Positions 25,910 through 39,203 of a DNA stretch of 64,000 nucleotides are shown here, piece after piece. Origin of the DNA: Ruditapes philippinarum. Taxonomy: Eukaryota. The stretch spans positions 62,001-126,000 of the forward strand of contig NW_026860568.1 in assembly GCF_026571515.1 (NCBI RefSeq). The letters run 5' to 3'. The position numbers and the translations under genes were made by a program. The notes below the pieces were generated by a model, which saw nothing but the letters and a program-made list of their open reading frames with translations, did no database searches and was not told the origin of the DNA. The first letter of the stretch is position 1, and the number at the start of each line of letters is the position of its first letter.

Positions 25910-28879
25910 ATGGTAAGCCTTTTTGTTATATTTGGACGTTTTATCTGTTTATTTGTTTATAAGATTTGGTTGGTCTGTCTACCCGTATGTACAGATATAC
26001 AATGCATTGTTTCTCATAGTAAGCACTTGTAAATATGAAATGAGGTTTAACAAGAATATTGATATTTATTTTCAACGAAAAGACCTTGATGTTTGGTTAA
26101 AAATCTTAGTCTACGTTAGTATCAGTATTTATCGAAAAATTATAACTACCTTTACACAATCGCACTGGGGGTTATAAATGCTTGAAATATAATATAAAAG
26201 GGGTGTACCAATGATCCAAAATATGTAATTGATAACGTTTAAAAATGGTAACAATAACTTCAATAAGGATCATACGGTTGAGATGTTCATTGAGAAGTAT
26301 TGTATAGCATTTGTTATGTTTATTGATTTGGTGTATAACATAACCAATATTAACTCTCTTTCATATCACAATGATTTTATGAGAAAACAAAACCCCAAAA
26401 AAACAAAACCAAGGTGAGGATACCGGTTTAAATTTAAATATAAAATCTTAAACTTAACGAGATATTTTGAGATGAAGCTGCATGTTTGTCAAAATTGCGT
26501 CTATATTGCATTTCAAATTCATAAAGATATTTAAATATTCCATCAATATATCATATTTCTCATATCCCCTTATCAAATGCTTTTCATACAACATTTATTT
26601 TAGTTTGATTGTGTAGAGCTTACTGTACAGGCTAACTCTCGAATCCGTTCCTTGAACTAAACAGAATTAAGCGATTGGTATGATATTCTTTCTCAAGGAG
26701 ACAACGGCTATTGTCCCTAATGATGTTTGAAGCCATGCGGCAGCAATCCCTAGATTACTAGTCCGACGCGTTAACCACGTTACCACTCATTCACTTTGAT
26801 ATCTCCTTTGTAACACACTGATTAAAACAGTAATAGTATTTATTAGAAATGAAGTGTTGTTGATTTCTCATAATTCTTTCTTTGGCAGGATGAAGAGACT
26901 ATTGCCAGGAAAGCTGGTAGGATACATCTTTCGTAATCATTTTAGTTATACAATGATACCTTAGTTTGGCAAGTATATTTTTTCCATTGTCTTCTTATAT
27001 TGACATTGATGAATGACCATTCGTGATCTGATTGTTTAAAATTGTATGGTTGTTGTTTAGTGTGGTGATGTTGAATTAAAGTGTTCCTTTATAAGAACGC
27101 TTTATTATTTCTAAAACATTTGATCAAGTTGAATCTTCAAACTGTTTCTCGAGAATAAACATTATCTAAATGTTTTGATATGTCCTCTAAATTAATTTAC
27201 ATTTATTTGGCAAAGATTGGCAGGCAGTTCTAGATGATATGGATTTGGACCAAGACGGAGCTCTGAACAGAGAAGAAATACGTGTAGCAATGAGCCGAGG
27301 TGGCTATAATCCAACCGATGAAGAAATAGAATCAATGTTCAGAGAAGGCGGTATATCCTTGCTAAAATATTGAAAATTTATAAAGAAAAACTTTTAAATT
27401 GAGCTCATTTAAATTTTGGTACAGTATTGAATATAGTACTACTATCCATTTATATTATCAGATACATTGTATATAAAACCTCTTTAAATTGAACCACCAA
27501 AGAATAGTTTACCGCTCGGTTAAGCTATACAGAGGCTTAACATTTATGTCGTTATTTACTTTTGTTTTTAAATACCGACTGAAACAAAAGGGTAAATAAT
27601 GCAACTATAGCTTTCTGAGACAACATTTGCCTTTGAATGCAGTATGTAAGTGTGCTTACGTGGGTAGTGATATACACAAAGTGTAGATGTTTCGATGTCC
27701 CTAAAAAAACAAAATGTTTCCATGCATGTCATAATCCCAGCATTTGACATCAAATATTCAGTGCAATCGCTATAAAATATAAAGTTAAAATGACAAAGAT
27801 GAAATATTTATTTTTAACCACAAAAGTGTTTCAATGGATCTAAACCGTTCTGAAAGTGCTATTTGTATTACATGGTGATGTTGCAATGCATTTGTTTTCT
27901 ATAACTTGACTGAAAAGTAGTTAATATAAGATATTGATTCATCATTTTCTGCAAGTATTGGTACTTCATGTTGTATGACTATCAGACTGTATAAAGAATT
28001 ATCTATCATTGATATATTACAGCTTTTGATGATGGAAAGATTACATTTGAAGAATATTTTGCCTTCATGGAAGATATGCCTGACCCGAAGGAAAATCTAA
28101 GGGAAGCCCTTGATGTGTTTACTGAACACGCAGGTGAAGATGGAGCAATCGAAAAAGAAAAGCTAAGAGGTTTAAATCGGTGTTTCCTTTCTTTCAAAAA
28201 CAAAAACAAACAAAAAAATCAATGATTTTATAAAAGGAAACGTAATGTTAAGCTGAGCATAGAAAAACATATGTTTGTAGTTTTGATTTTCAAAACTGAT
28301 TTATCACAAATTATTGCACATGTACGTTATTCTTCTACCAGCATACGAGCCTACTCAATATTTCAGAGATCCTCATGAAGGGAATTCCTGAGGATGACGC
28401 AAATGAACTTCTAGACGCTGTAGACGTGAATACTGACGGGCTTATAGACAAAGAAGGTAGGCATATTGTATGGTAGCGATACATTAAAATTTGGTTCTGG
28501 AGTATCAACAGTAATGTCGTTGAATTCATAAAATAAATGTATTAGTACGATACATGCTTTGAATGGTAGAAATTTATTAAAAGTCATGGCCATGAATATT
28601 GATCAAGTGTTGATTTGAGTACGAAATGTTATTGAATCTGTAAGGTATGTGAACGCCTAATAGAAAATTATGGTAACTGACAAATTTTGATGGAATGTCC
28701 CGGATTAAGACAGGTAACGGTACAAATAAGTATGCTTAAATAGAGGAGCTCAATTGATTAAAATAGCTTTGAATTTATATTACTTATTCACTTTGTTGTT
28801 GTTCTTATACATTAATTTGTATTTACTTTTTTCCTTTCTTTTTTCTTTAGAATTTATCACACTTTTAATGAATGTGTAG
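25910..28879 (+). CDS. Calmodulin-like EF-hand protein 4 (143 aa)
   Basis: Exons 25910-25912 (ATG), 26889-26916, 27216-27350, 28023-28169, 28367-28456, 28851-28879 (432 nt): MDEETIARKADWQAVLDDMDLDQDGALNREEIRVAMSRGGYNPTDEEIESMFREGAFDDGKITFEEYFAFMEDMPDPKENLREALDVFTEHAGEDGAIEKEKLREILMKGIPEDDANELLDAVDVNTDGLIDKEEFITLLMNV*. EF1 and EF4 canonical; TATAAAT at 25835; exon 3 acceptor is a weak AAG. Confidence 0.85.
26600..26790 (-). mobile_element. Degraded tRNA-derived SINE remnant
   Basis: Ends with ...CGACGCGTTAACCAC, resembling the reverse-complemented A-box head of other SINE copies in the window. Confidence 0.35.
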
Positions 28880-30847
28880 TCCTTACGGTTGCCGAGTAAC
28901 AGCTCCTCATGAACAATTTTCTAGGAAGGTTTTGAAACAAGGATAACGCAAGTGTATTCTTACACTATTTCATGACACTGACGTGTTGTCTCTCTTTAAC
29001 TGAACGTCGTGTTAAGCCGCTAATTGCATTTGTATCATGATAACATGTTTACGTGAAACCTTTGATATCTTAGCATGAATTCACATTTTTTTTTTCTTTT
29101 CATATTTTGTTAAAATAATGCTTCATCACTCAAACATAGTCTTTTCATATCGTTTGTTATTCACAAAGTTGTCCATCTCTTTCACGTGGTCATGTAATGG
29201 CAAGACATGGATTTTTACTCTCTATAGTTTATGATTTTATACGGACTTGAAAATTGCATGAACGCAAATTACTTATTTCGCAAGCGGAATACAAGTGTTT
29301 TATTTTCATGTCGGATAAACAATCTCAACGTGAAAAGCAGAAACGTGCTGAGAAATGGCCAGTGGGTCACCTGAATTTGAGAATGGCTTCGATCACACAC
29401 CTGAGTGTGGCTTGGGCACAAAGGCGTGACGAACTCTCAGGATTATGTATTATCAGTTATGATGAATAGCAATACACCCGCTATGACACACTTATCATTG
29501 AGAGAACAGATATATAATTCAACCGAATACACCGTCTGGGAAGTAATCGTGCAAAAAAGTAAACACAGCTAATTGTCCGAAATTTCCCGAAAGAAAAAAC
29601 AACTGATGACTACAACAAACACTCAATTGTTGAGTAACTTTGTATATATATTTTTTATTCGAAGAATAAAGAATAACAACAGTTAGTATCTTCAATTCAT
29701 TCAAGTTTTGAGGCATCAATAACTTTCTCTGTAAAACATTTAAATTTTGTTATGGTCTATATATAATGTAAAATGTTCTTCCATTACATGATTGTTAATT
29801 GTAATTTCTATAAATGTACATTGTCATTTTATGCCAAATAAAGAATGTTATGTTATGCTTAAACGTTTGATATTTCAGGGGCATATCTATGGTGTTTTTG
29901 TTTGCTTGTTGTTGTTGTTGCTGTTGTTATGCAATCGATTATAAACCTATGAAATAGCCGAGATGCAGAAGTATCTACGTTTAGTGTTTCGAATGTGGTA
30001 AAAATCGAATTTGTTCAACAATACGGACTCAAATCTCAAACAAATTTTCTGCTTTTCATCGGAACTTGATAACCCGAATCAGTCGAAAATAAGCAAATAA
30101 AATTCCACTCTGCTTGTATTTCATTGGAATGTCAATTGCATAAACAAACTTCTGCAGAAAGTATTCAAGTCGTTCAAAATTAGGATACATCTTCAATTTA
30201 TTTAAAATTTTAGCGTAAAAGCACAAACAAAGAAAGCCAAATTTAAATTATGATAATTATTATTTACATTTATTGACAAGTTTAACTGATTCCGATGTTT
30301 CATAGAAGTGAGTTTGCCATTTTGATGCCGTTTTCCGATGTTTAAGATAATCAAGAACTGAATTTTAATATAAAACATGCTTATTTCTATTATTGCATAC
30401 ACAACTTAGGACATAAGTTGAACATATCATCATTTCTATAAATAATTATGTACACGAAAGCTTGATTATACTTTAAAAATTAAAATCAATGTACTGGAAG
30501 ACTTATAAGTAGCTTTTTATAACTTAAAGTATCGTGATATTCACATGAAACCGGCAAATATGACCGAATATCATTGTGCTTTTCCTATCCATATTATTTG
30601 GAAATGCGAATCGAATAATTTTGGCTTTTACGTGGGGAAAAAACTGTCAGATGAGCTGTAATATTGTCTGATGCGTATGAATTTCTTTATTATATAAAAA
30701 ATTTAAAAATTACAACAAAGCTTCAAATATCTTTCCGTTTTCGTTTGTATCAAATCGTTTGCGTATTGGTTAAGTACAAAACTACTGACGTATATATTTG
30801 AATTTTAAAGCTTTCAAATTTGTATGACATTGCATATTGCACACCAA

Positions 30848-30962
30848 AAATTATAATTTTTATGTCAACACGTCTAATATCGGTGAAATTATAATGTTTA
30901 TGTCAACACGTCTAATATCGGTGAAATTATAATGTTTATGTCAACACATCTAATATCGGTGA
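30848..30962. repeat. 38-bp minisatellite x3
   Basis: AAATTATAATGTTTATGTCAACACGTCTAATATCGGTG variants at 30848, 30886, 30924, downstream of the gene 5 stop. Confidence 0.9.
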
Positions 30963-31114
30963 TTCTCCATTTTTTTAAATCTTGACTTCATTATATCAAT
31001 CGCCACACATGCAGTGAAAGATTCCGATAAAAAGTGTTTGTATATCAATTTAAAACACACGATAAATGTCTTAATAGAAATAGCTGTTGGAAGATCCGTA
31101 TGCTGCTCCATGCG

Positions 31115-34100
31115 TTAACATTCAGGGTCCAGTGTATCAACATCTAAGACTTGGTTTGTTATCAGATAGGTTGCAAGTTCTGAAATGGAAAGTAATTGTT
31201 GCACACATGGTCAAAGATATATGACATTATAATATTAAATTATTATAATTATTATTATTATTATGACCCATCTTTGAGAACTTGATACAAAAAGTTAATG
31301 ACGTAAGATATAGGCAATATTATAATACTGCACGTTTGTAACGTCGCTTTTCATTGGATAATCGTGAGGTTTATATAGTTTAATATACACGGCTGTTGTC
31401 GATTCATGAAGAAATCTTACGGATTTTTTTTCTATAAAAATGATGCTTGCAGTATTATTAATTCGTTATAAAGATTGTTGACAGGTTATATGGCCGTATA
31501 TAAACGGCGGTTTGCAATATAACACTCGCCCAACGGCTCATGTTATATTTACAAATAGCCGTTTATATATGACCATATAACCTGTCAACGATCTTTATAA
31601 CTAATAGTAAACCAGGCATTATGCATGTCCTATGCTATGAGTAAAATAATATGCAGCTTGTCTTCAATGAATAGAATAAAATATGCACGCACACTTACTT
31701 TAATTGCCTTTAACATTTTCAAAATAAACTTACATAGATATAAGAAACCTTACCTTTGCAGCTCAATAGCCCGTCCTCATTCTCATCAGCTTCTCCTAAG
31801 ATTCTATTTAATATTTTCTCAACATATTCTTCATTGAGGTCCACATCAATTCCTCTGACACTATGACTGCTCTTTAGGATATTTTTGAGCTCATCTACGC
31901 TGATCTGACCTAGAAATGGAATTTATTACATCAAATCAATATGGTTAAAGCCTTTGTTGTTTTTTTTTCAACATATGTCCCAAACTTCATCGTTGTAACA
32001 AGATCATTCCTTACAAATAATAAAAACTATACTAACTTGTCATTTAGCTGTTAACCGTCAAGAGACTGGTTATGATGAAATTGGCATAAAGTGGCATTGT
32101 TAAATATTGGGTCCAAAGACTACACATTATTTTTTTCCTTAAAGTAAGGGCGTTAATATCAAGAAATAATAACAAGAAAGAAATACAGACAGATTCATAT
32201 CATTTACTTAAAAGCATCATGAAAACTTTACACTCTACCATCATCGTCGGTATCAAAGACTTTGAGAGCTTGTTCTAAGTCCTCCACAGTTGGAGTGGCA
32301 AATTGATTATAAAGCTCTTCAAACAGTTCAAATGTGATTGTACCCTCAGGGTCTGCTGTAATATGTAAAAATGTTTCTATGGTATACCACTTGTGATACA
32401 TAAGTATCATATTGAATTTTGAGAACATAGCAATATTTTTTAATAAATGAAAAAGATTGTTGATGACTTTGTGTCGTGGTTTCAAGTTAACTTAGATTTT
32501 GTAAAAATATAATATCTAGCATGTCATTTGCCTTTGTCAAATTAGTAATTTAGTAATTACATTCCTAGTCGAATTTATTATATTTAAGTATAGGAATTAA
32601 ATATTTTTGCATTTTGGGCAATGCCTTATTAAATGGGTTATGTCTTATTCATTTTAATAATCACCTTGATATTTGATTTGAAAAAAACCGTCGAAAGGTC
32701 TTAAATAAATGTTGATATTGCAAAGGCTTTCTTAAAAGACTTAATAATTATGTAACTTATATTTCATATCTATACAATTTAACAATAATTGAAATATGTT
32801 AAGATAGAAAACAGTTGTATTACTTATGTCATGTTCATTGAAGAAATTGTCTATTTCCACGGCTGGAGGATTTTTGTTTAATTGACAAATAGCCGAGTAA
32901 GCTTGCTGCCTTGTTACCCCTTCTCCATCATCACTGAAGATACTAAATTCTTCACGAAGGTCTCCCTAGTAAGACAGGAAAATAGATATGAGCCGTGTCA
33001 CGACAAAACCAACGTAATGTGTTTGCTACCAGCATGGATCCAGAACTGCCTGCGCATCCGCGGATGCGCAGGCTGGTCTGGATCCATGCTGGTCGCCAAC
33101 GCACTATGTTGATTTTGTCGTGACACGGCTCATATATGTTTCTAGTTGAAACAAACTTTAACTTCAACTTTTACAAGATGCTTATCTTAAATGAGATACC
33201 ATACAATTACATATTATAGAATATTTCACTAGTCTTTCTCCCTCTGTCTTCAACAACATCCTGTTATAGTTTAAACTGTTCAATGATGTTCTTCCTATGA
33301 ACTGATTACATAAATAGGAAATTTATTTAGATCTACATCTATCATTCTGAATTATGAAAATCTTTCAAAAGCAATAACAGTGGAAGAGGACAAAACTTTA
33401 ACGTCGCGGGTTTTCTTATTTTCCTTCCCATGCTTTATATCTTAAAATGACTTGTTCATCTAGCAATCTGTGGCCGTATCAACTACTGATCTTAAGTAAT
33501 TTCTTAAGTTTGGACAATTTATTTTTTTCATTTTTTAAAAAAAAATGTAAGTTAGCCAAGATAAATCTTATATCTAAGTAAAAAATAACTTAAGATCAGT
33601 TGTGAATACGCCCCTGGACTAATAAGTCATTTATCAGTCAAATGTTTCGTTTTGGATCAAAATGTCTGTGTATATCTTCCGATGGGCGGGTACCCGAGGG
33701 ACGGATATTTCGATCTGAACCACAGACATATGTAAGATATCTTTTTGACGGTGTTGTATAGCACGCGACTCATCTGGTACCCGCAAGCCAAATAAAATCT
33801 CATGAATGGGTTAAACTAACGGAAACGCCAGTCTTCTATGCAAGAATACCTATTTATTTCGATATCTGATACATCGAAAGAGGAAATAGAATTAATGTAG
33901 TTTCCATGCCTGTTAAATAAATTGAGATCATTAGAGCTTTACGAATATGTTTTATTTATCATATACCCGGAAAAAGAACAGTCGAGTAAGAACAATTTCT
34001 TTAATTTACTTTTAAATTAACATTTATTGTGTTTTACGCTATGTTTGTATAACATTCATGATTACGTCATGAACAACCGTAATTTTTAAGTAACATGTGT

Positions 34101-34356
34101 ATGTATTAAACGATGCTTCACTGATTAAAGCATATTTACTTTAAAGTATACTTCATGTTCTGATCTTATGTTAAAAAAAATACACTTATAATTGACACAA
34201 AGTGTGAGATAGAAATTAAAAAGTCATTATTTACTTGACAATTGTATGATAAAAAGGTTCTTGATATATATGAATTGTCATATAACTGAATAGTTCATAC
34301 TTTTTTATCTTAATTTTATTATAACTTAATCTATCAAAAGAAAAAAGTCTTACCAT
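31115..34356 (-). CDS. Calmodulin-like EF-hand protein 5 (160 aa), N-lobe degenerate
   Basis: Exons 34354-34356 (ATG), 32824-32965, 32239-32355, 31754-31909, 31115-31179 (483 nt): MGDLREEFSIFSDDGEGVTRQQAYSAICQLNKNPPAVEIDNFFNEHDITDPEGTITFELFEELYNQFATPTVEDLEQALKVFDTDDDGQISVDELKNILKSSHSVRGIDVDLNEEYVEKILNRILGEADENEDGLLSCKELATYLITNQVLDVDTLDPEC*. TATAAAA on the - strand at 34485-34491. Confidence 0.87.
31465..31601. repeat. ~137-bp near-perfect inverted repeat in the last intron of gene 5
   Basis: GTTATAAAGATTGTTGACAGGTTATATGG... / ...CCATATAACCTGTCAACGATCTTTATAAC with a central CTCGCCCAACGGCTC loop. Confidence 0.85.
32989..33132. mobile_element. Palindromic MITE (TGAGCCGTGTCACGAC family), short form
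   Basis: TIRs TGAGCCGTGTCACGACAAAA / TTTTGTCGTGACACGGCTCA; TA flanks; central GCGCATCCGCGGATGCGC palindrome; related to 37835-38063. Confidence 0.85.
33471..33613. mobile_element. Small foldback MITE, PIF/Harbinger-like
   Basis: TGGCCGTATCAACTACTGATCTTAAGT / ACTTAAGATCAGTTGTGAATACGCCC with CTG on both flanks (3-bp TSD). Confidence 0.6.
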
Positions 34357-34894
34357 GTTTGTTAATCAACGGTATTGTTAAATACATAAACTTCACTAAA
34401 TGAACAATTAAAAGTGAAATAAAATTGTAAATTTGATAGCAATTTGCACAAAGACGTGACATGGTCTTTGATTTTGAAAGAGTATTTTATAGGTGAACAA
34501 TGGTAACAAGTATACCTTGACAATATATTAATTGTTCAGGGTAACTCTATTTTAAACGACAAAGCATTAAAAACAATCAATAGAACCAAAAATTTAAATA
34601 ATAATTTAAGCGCTATTTTTGATCATTAAGTCTCTGGAAGACTGAAAGGGTGAAGTTAAAACGCCAAAACCACTCTCCATTAAAATTTTATTCTTAACGA
34701 AGTGTATGATCCTGGAAGCATATATTATTAACAATTATCCGACCATTAGTATAATAGTTTGATTGATTCCAAGTTAGTGTGCACGCAGTCTCTGAATCCA
34801 TTCAAATGTAAAAAAATGTCTTTGTTCTTCAATGTACAACAGAATCTGATATTCGCCTGGATCCCCTTTAAGGTGACACAACATGAGGACATCG

Positions 34895-36778
34895 TCAGCG
34901 TTTGATAAGTCCGTCTTGAATCATCGTAACCAATTCTGTTGGAATAAAAAAGTATTTTAAATCGCCTGTGTTCGTGACAACAGTACGATTGACANNNNNN
35001 NNNNNNNNNNNNNNNNNNNNNNNNNNNNNNNNNNNNNNNNNNNNNNNNNNNNNNNNNNNNNNNNNNNNNNNNNNNNNNNNNNNNNNNNNNNNNNNNNNNN
35101 NNNNNNNNNNNNNNNNNNNNNNNNNNNNNNNNNNNNNNNNNNNNNNNNNNNNNNNNNNNNNNNNNNNNNNNNNNNNNNNNNNNNNNNNNNNNNNNNNNNN
35201 NNNNNNNNNNNNNNNNNAAAAATCATGTTATAGTTAAATTTATGTCTCGTCGGCGAAGGGAATATAAGTTCATTATTTATAATTTGACACGGAAACAAAT
35301 TTATTGTTTGATTTTATTAACCTGTCAATTCCATACTGATTATACGCTTAATGCACAGAATATATTAATATTCGATAAATGTTCGGTAAATTCCGTGAGA
35401 GGTTTGCAGTAAGATGTGATTAAACTTATCTAGTTTCGATGAATAAGTTACACTGACCGTTATAGCGCAATAGGGTACGGGTATATTTTATCTGAATGTC
35501 CAACGTGTTGCAAGATCGAGACAGAGTATGTCCAGGTTTTTTTCTTATTCATAATTATTTTCAACATTTTTGAAGTTATGGTTGTTCCGTTTTTAATATG
35601 TTTTGCACTTTTTTATAAATACTATACTTTTGTATATAACATTGTTATATTATAACTGTTTGTTATAATAGAATTAATTCTGAAAATTCAGTCGGATTAA
35701 AATCAATAAATGTAATTTCGGTACCGTAAAATACAATAGAAAATGTGATAATTCAGTGTTTCTTACGTGTTTCATATCCGTGTAGAAAATTTTGCAGGCG
35801 CTTGACCATTTAATACAAAATTTCTTAAAAATAAAGAAAAAATAAGTCTAAAAAGAATGTCGAAAGAAGGGATCGAACCTAAGACCTCTCATGCATTAGG
35901 TAATCACTTAACCGACTGCGCTATTGCGGATGTTACGAGAACCTGTAAAAGAACCTGTCAAGCTAGTGGGAGTTATCCAAACGTTATTTATATGCTCCAT
36001 ATTAATTCTCGTAAAATAAACGGACACAAACGAAGTGGGACCGAATATTTAAATGAGTGCTATAATGTATTCAAAATTGACAGGTCAATAAAATCAGACT
36101 ATACTTAAATTATAAAATATGAAATATTTTATAACATTTCAAAAAGCAATGTGATAAAAACATCATTAAAATTTTATCATTTCTAAAATAATTTACAAAA
36201 ACAAAATGAGCTGATTAATATTTTGTTAATAATTTTCAATGTTACCATCTATTTCTAGTTCATGATTTTTGTTTCTATCTCCAATACTAAGTATTAATGC
36301 GACATAACTATCTTCCGTCACTTGACTGGTATTTTCCAATTCACCAGCTGCCTTAAGAATTTCTCGTAACTCGTCGCTGTCTATTTTCCCTGAAAATAAG
36401 ATATTCAAATATAAAGCTACGTATATTAGTAAATCCTTTCCTAAATCGAGATAAAATATGAAAATGAGAACCGTCAGTAAAATATTCAACACTCGAAGAA
36501 AAATCGGATTGGAAAAAAGAATGTTCAATGTAAAGATGGTCGCAAATATGTACCAGTTTAATTAATAAGTATGTAGCACGACTAAAACCTCTTCTGTCGA
36601 TTGTATATACGAATGCATATAAAATACATGTACATATTCAGGAAATAAACGATAACAATAAGTTCTTCTATTCAATGATTTACATTGTATTTATCTATAA
36701 ATAAATATGTGCTGGAAATTGAAATATGAATTAGATGAATGAATTGATGAATGAATGAATGATGGTGGGTGGTGGTGG

Positions 36779-36823
<45 letters not shown>

Positions 36824-39203
36824 GGGACAACGTTTATAAAGACTACCAAGAATACATATGGAAGCAAACTTGATTAAATACTTACCATTTTCGTTTGCAT
36901 CAAAATGTTTAAGTGCATTTCTAATGACATCCCTGGGGTTTCCAAGTTGAATAAATAATTCTTCAAATTCTTCAAAACCTAATGTATCGGTATCTGAAAT
37001 TAAACAAACATAATATTTGATTTTTTGCAATGAAAGAGCTTAAAATCCCATCTTTTTCATGTACTTTGTTGGAACATAATCATATTCATTTTCGAACCAA
37101 ATATATTATCTTTTCATACATTGTATATCATTCTCAAAGGTACCTGTTCAGGTTTGTTTGTTTGTTTGATTGGGTTTTACGTCACACCGACCCAGTATAG
37201 GTCATTTGGCGACGTTCCAGCTTTACTGGAGTTGGAAGACCTCGGGTGCCCTTCCGTGCATTATTTTCGTGCATTATTTTAGGCACGAACAGGCACCTGA
37301 GTAGTACCACCGACGTTCCGTAGGCTAGCTAAATAGCTTCCTCACATGAAAGAATCCAAAGCGCCTGTCGGAATTCGAACCCACAGCGGTGAGGGACAAG
37401 TGGTTTAAAGTCAACGACCTTAACCACTCGGCCACGGTTCAGGTTTGTATTCCAAGCCATATGTTTAGAAATTTCTAGAGTATCATGTATTTTTTCTTTT
37501 GTTAATGCCCATTATGCCTAAGAAAAGCCTTTATTTTATATTTTTCAAAAACTTTATATTTTTCGTATACTTTTATAACTTCCAAAATGTTACTCATTGG
37601 CCAATTTTTTTCATCTGCTGTTTTTAACTGTTTGTACAATTATGGTGATGGAAGTCAAAATACTACATTTTACTACATACTTTTATAACACATTATTTTA
37701 CATTTATTGCTACTTTATTCAGGTTATAAGCATCTAACTTGCTCTAAAATCATTATTTTAATGTTAAAAAAATTATTCATGTACCCTTTTTAAAGAAGTA
37801 AAAATGTATTCATTTCTGTGGCATAATGTCTATTTGAGCAGTGTCACGACAAAACCAACATAATGGATTTGCGACCAGCATGGATCCAGACAGTCCGCGC
37901 AGTCTGATCAGGATCCATGCTGTTCGCTTACAGACCCTATAACAAGTAAAGAGACTGAAAGCGAACAGCATGGATTACCGATCAGACTGCGCGAATGCGC
38001 ATGCTGGTCTGGATCCATGCTGGTCGCAAACCCATTATGTTGGTTTTGTCGTGACACGGCTCATTTAATCCGTATAAGGCTGCTGGCGGAAACTGATCCA
38101 ACCAACGATACCACCAGTGCAGATCATGAACAATCGGCACATCATGGTCTGTATAGTTCGAAATTCAGTAAGTACATACATAATGCATTTCAAAATTGTA
38201 CCTCCTAAAATGATGAATGGTTTTGTCAAGATTGACAGATGGACAAAAGTATATTTAAGAAATTTGGCTTGGCGAGTATTAACATTTACACTAACTAAGA
38301 TATTAAAAAAAGTCAGACAAAAAGCAGATAAGTTCTTACCTGATTTGCCTTTTTTCTTCCAAAACATATTTATATCACGCTCGATTGGATTTTGTCCTGC
38401 TTCAAATAGTGCATTTAAAGTCTTGCTCTTGGTCAAACAGTTTGATTGTTTGTCCTTCCACTCGTCAAATGCTTCTCTTATTGTGCTCTAGAAAAAAAAC
38501 ACAGAGTTAGTGAAATACGGCTAAACTTTAAAGCATTTTGATTTTGTATCAAAAAATAAAATGTTAAGAATTATTTCAATAAACTTTGATCTTCATCTGA
38601 CATCTTCAACCAAATTGGTGTCTTACTCAGCAAAACAGGTAGTAACAGCCAAAGCATTGTTTGTGAAATACAGTTTAATTTGTGCACGTTAATAACCGTT
38701 GTAACAAGAGCTCGGATTGTATGCCTATAGAATCTCTTTTGAATTGGAAACCGAGCCTGGAATATGTTTAATCTTGTCGTTTTGTGCGTTCTTTATGAAT
38801 TCCGTTTTTCTCTATTTTTTTCTCCTTCTTTTATAAGCAATACTTTCATAGACGCACTCCTAATGTTTCAAAATGCTGTATCATGTTTTTTTTACCATTT
38901 CTAGGTTGTTAACTCGTGGAGATTACGATGCAAATTGCAAACTTTAGATCTTATCTATGTAAAAAAGTTAAGCTCTGTTGAACTGTCTTACTGTATGAAA
39001 TTGATCGCTTCTTTATTTCTCTATGTAATTGTCTTGTTAGTATTTTTCCCACTAACCACCTTCTTCTTTATAAAGAATGTGAAACCACTGAGTATTTTAT
39101 TATTCTATTTATTTACATACGCACTGTTGAAAATATAAACTCTGTTGTAAAAGAAAAAAATAAAACTTACCGGTGCTCTTATTCCTTTCAACGTTTTTTC
39201 CAT
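34895..39203 (-). CDS. Calmodulin-like EF-hand protein 6 (157 aa), basic degenerate N-lobe
   Basis: Exons 39171-39203, 38340-38487, 36886-36993, 36246-36389, 34895-34935 (474 nt): MEKTLKGIRAPSTIREAFDEWKDKQSNCLTKSKTLNALFEAGQNPIERDINMFWKKKGKSDTDTLGFEEFEELFIQLGNPRDVIRNALKHFDANENGKIDSDELREILKAAGELENTSQVTEDSYVALILSIGDRNKNHELEIDELVTMIQDGLIKR*. The last intron spans the assembly gap. Confidence 0.83.
34995..35217. other. Assembly gap (223 N)
   Basis: Run of N. Confidence 1.
35865..35926 (-). mobile_element. tRNA-like SINE head / tRNA pseudogene fragment
   Basis: Reverse strand reads TAGCGCAGTCGG (A box)...GGTTCGATCCC (B box); no convincing acceptor stem. Confidence 0.45.
36735..36823. repeat. Compound microsatellite (TGAA)n(GGT)n(GAT)n
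   Basis: Seen directly; explains the poly-Ser/Pro in ORF 36731..37030. Confidence 0.95.
37158..37436 (-). mobile_element. tRNA-derived SINE with 12-bp target-site duplication
   Basis: Minus strand: A box TGGCCGAGTGG, B box GGTTCGAATTCC, (AAAC)n tail; GTTCAGGTTTGT at 37146-37157 and 37437-37448. Confidence 0.85.
37835..38063. mobile_element. Palindromic MITE (TGAGCCGTGTCACGAC family), long form
   Basis: Same TIRs as 32989-33132 with an extra internal segment; TT flanks. Confidence 0.85.

Noticed and set aside
33225-33260. Extra micro-exon (DVVEDRGRKT) in gene 5
   Set aside because: It would end in phase 1 while the next exon needs phase 0; direct ATG-to-exon 2 splicing is in frame and matches gene 7.
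35220-35265. LINE ORF1-like peptide (VIVKFMSRRR) next to the gap
   Set aside because: Too short to support; the adjacent sequence is missing.
35865-35926. Functional tRNA gene
   Set aside because: A/B boxes are present but no proper acceptor stem; better explained as a SINE head or pseudogene.
36731-36885. Poly-Ser/Pro extension on an EF-hand exon
   Set aside because: Intronic (GAT)n microsatellite read past the donor at 36885.
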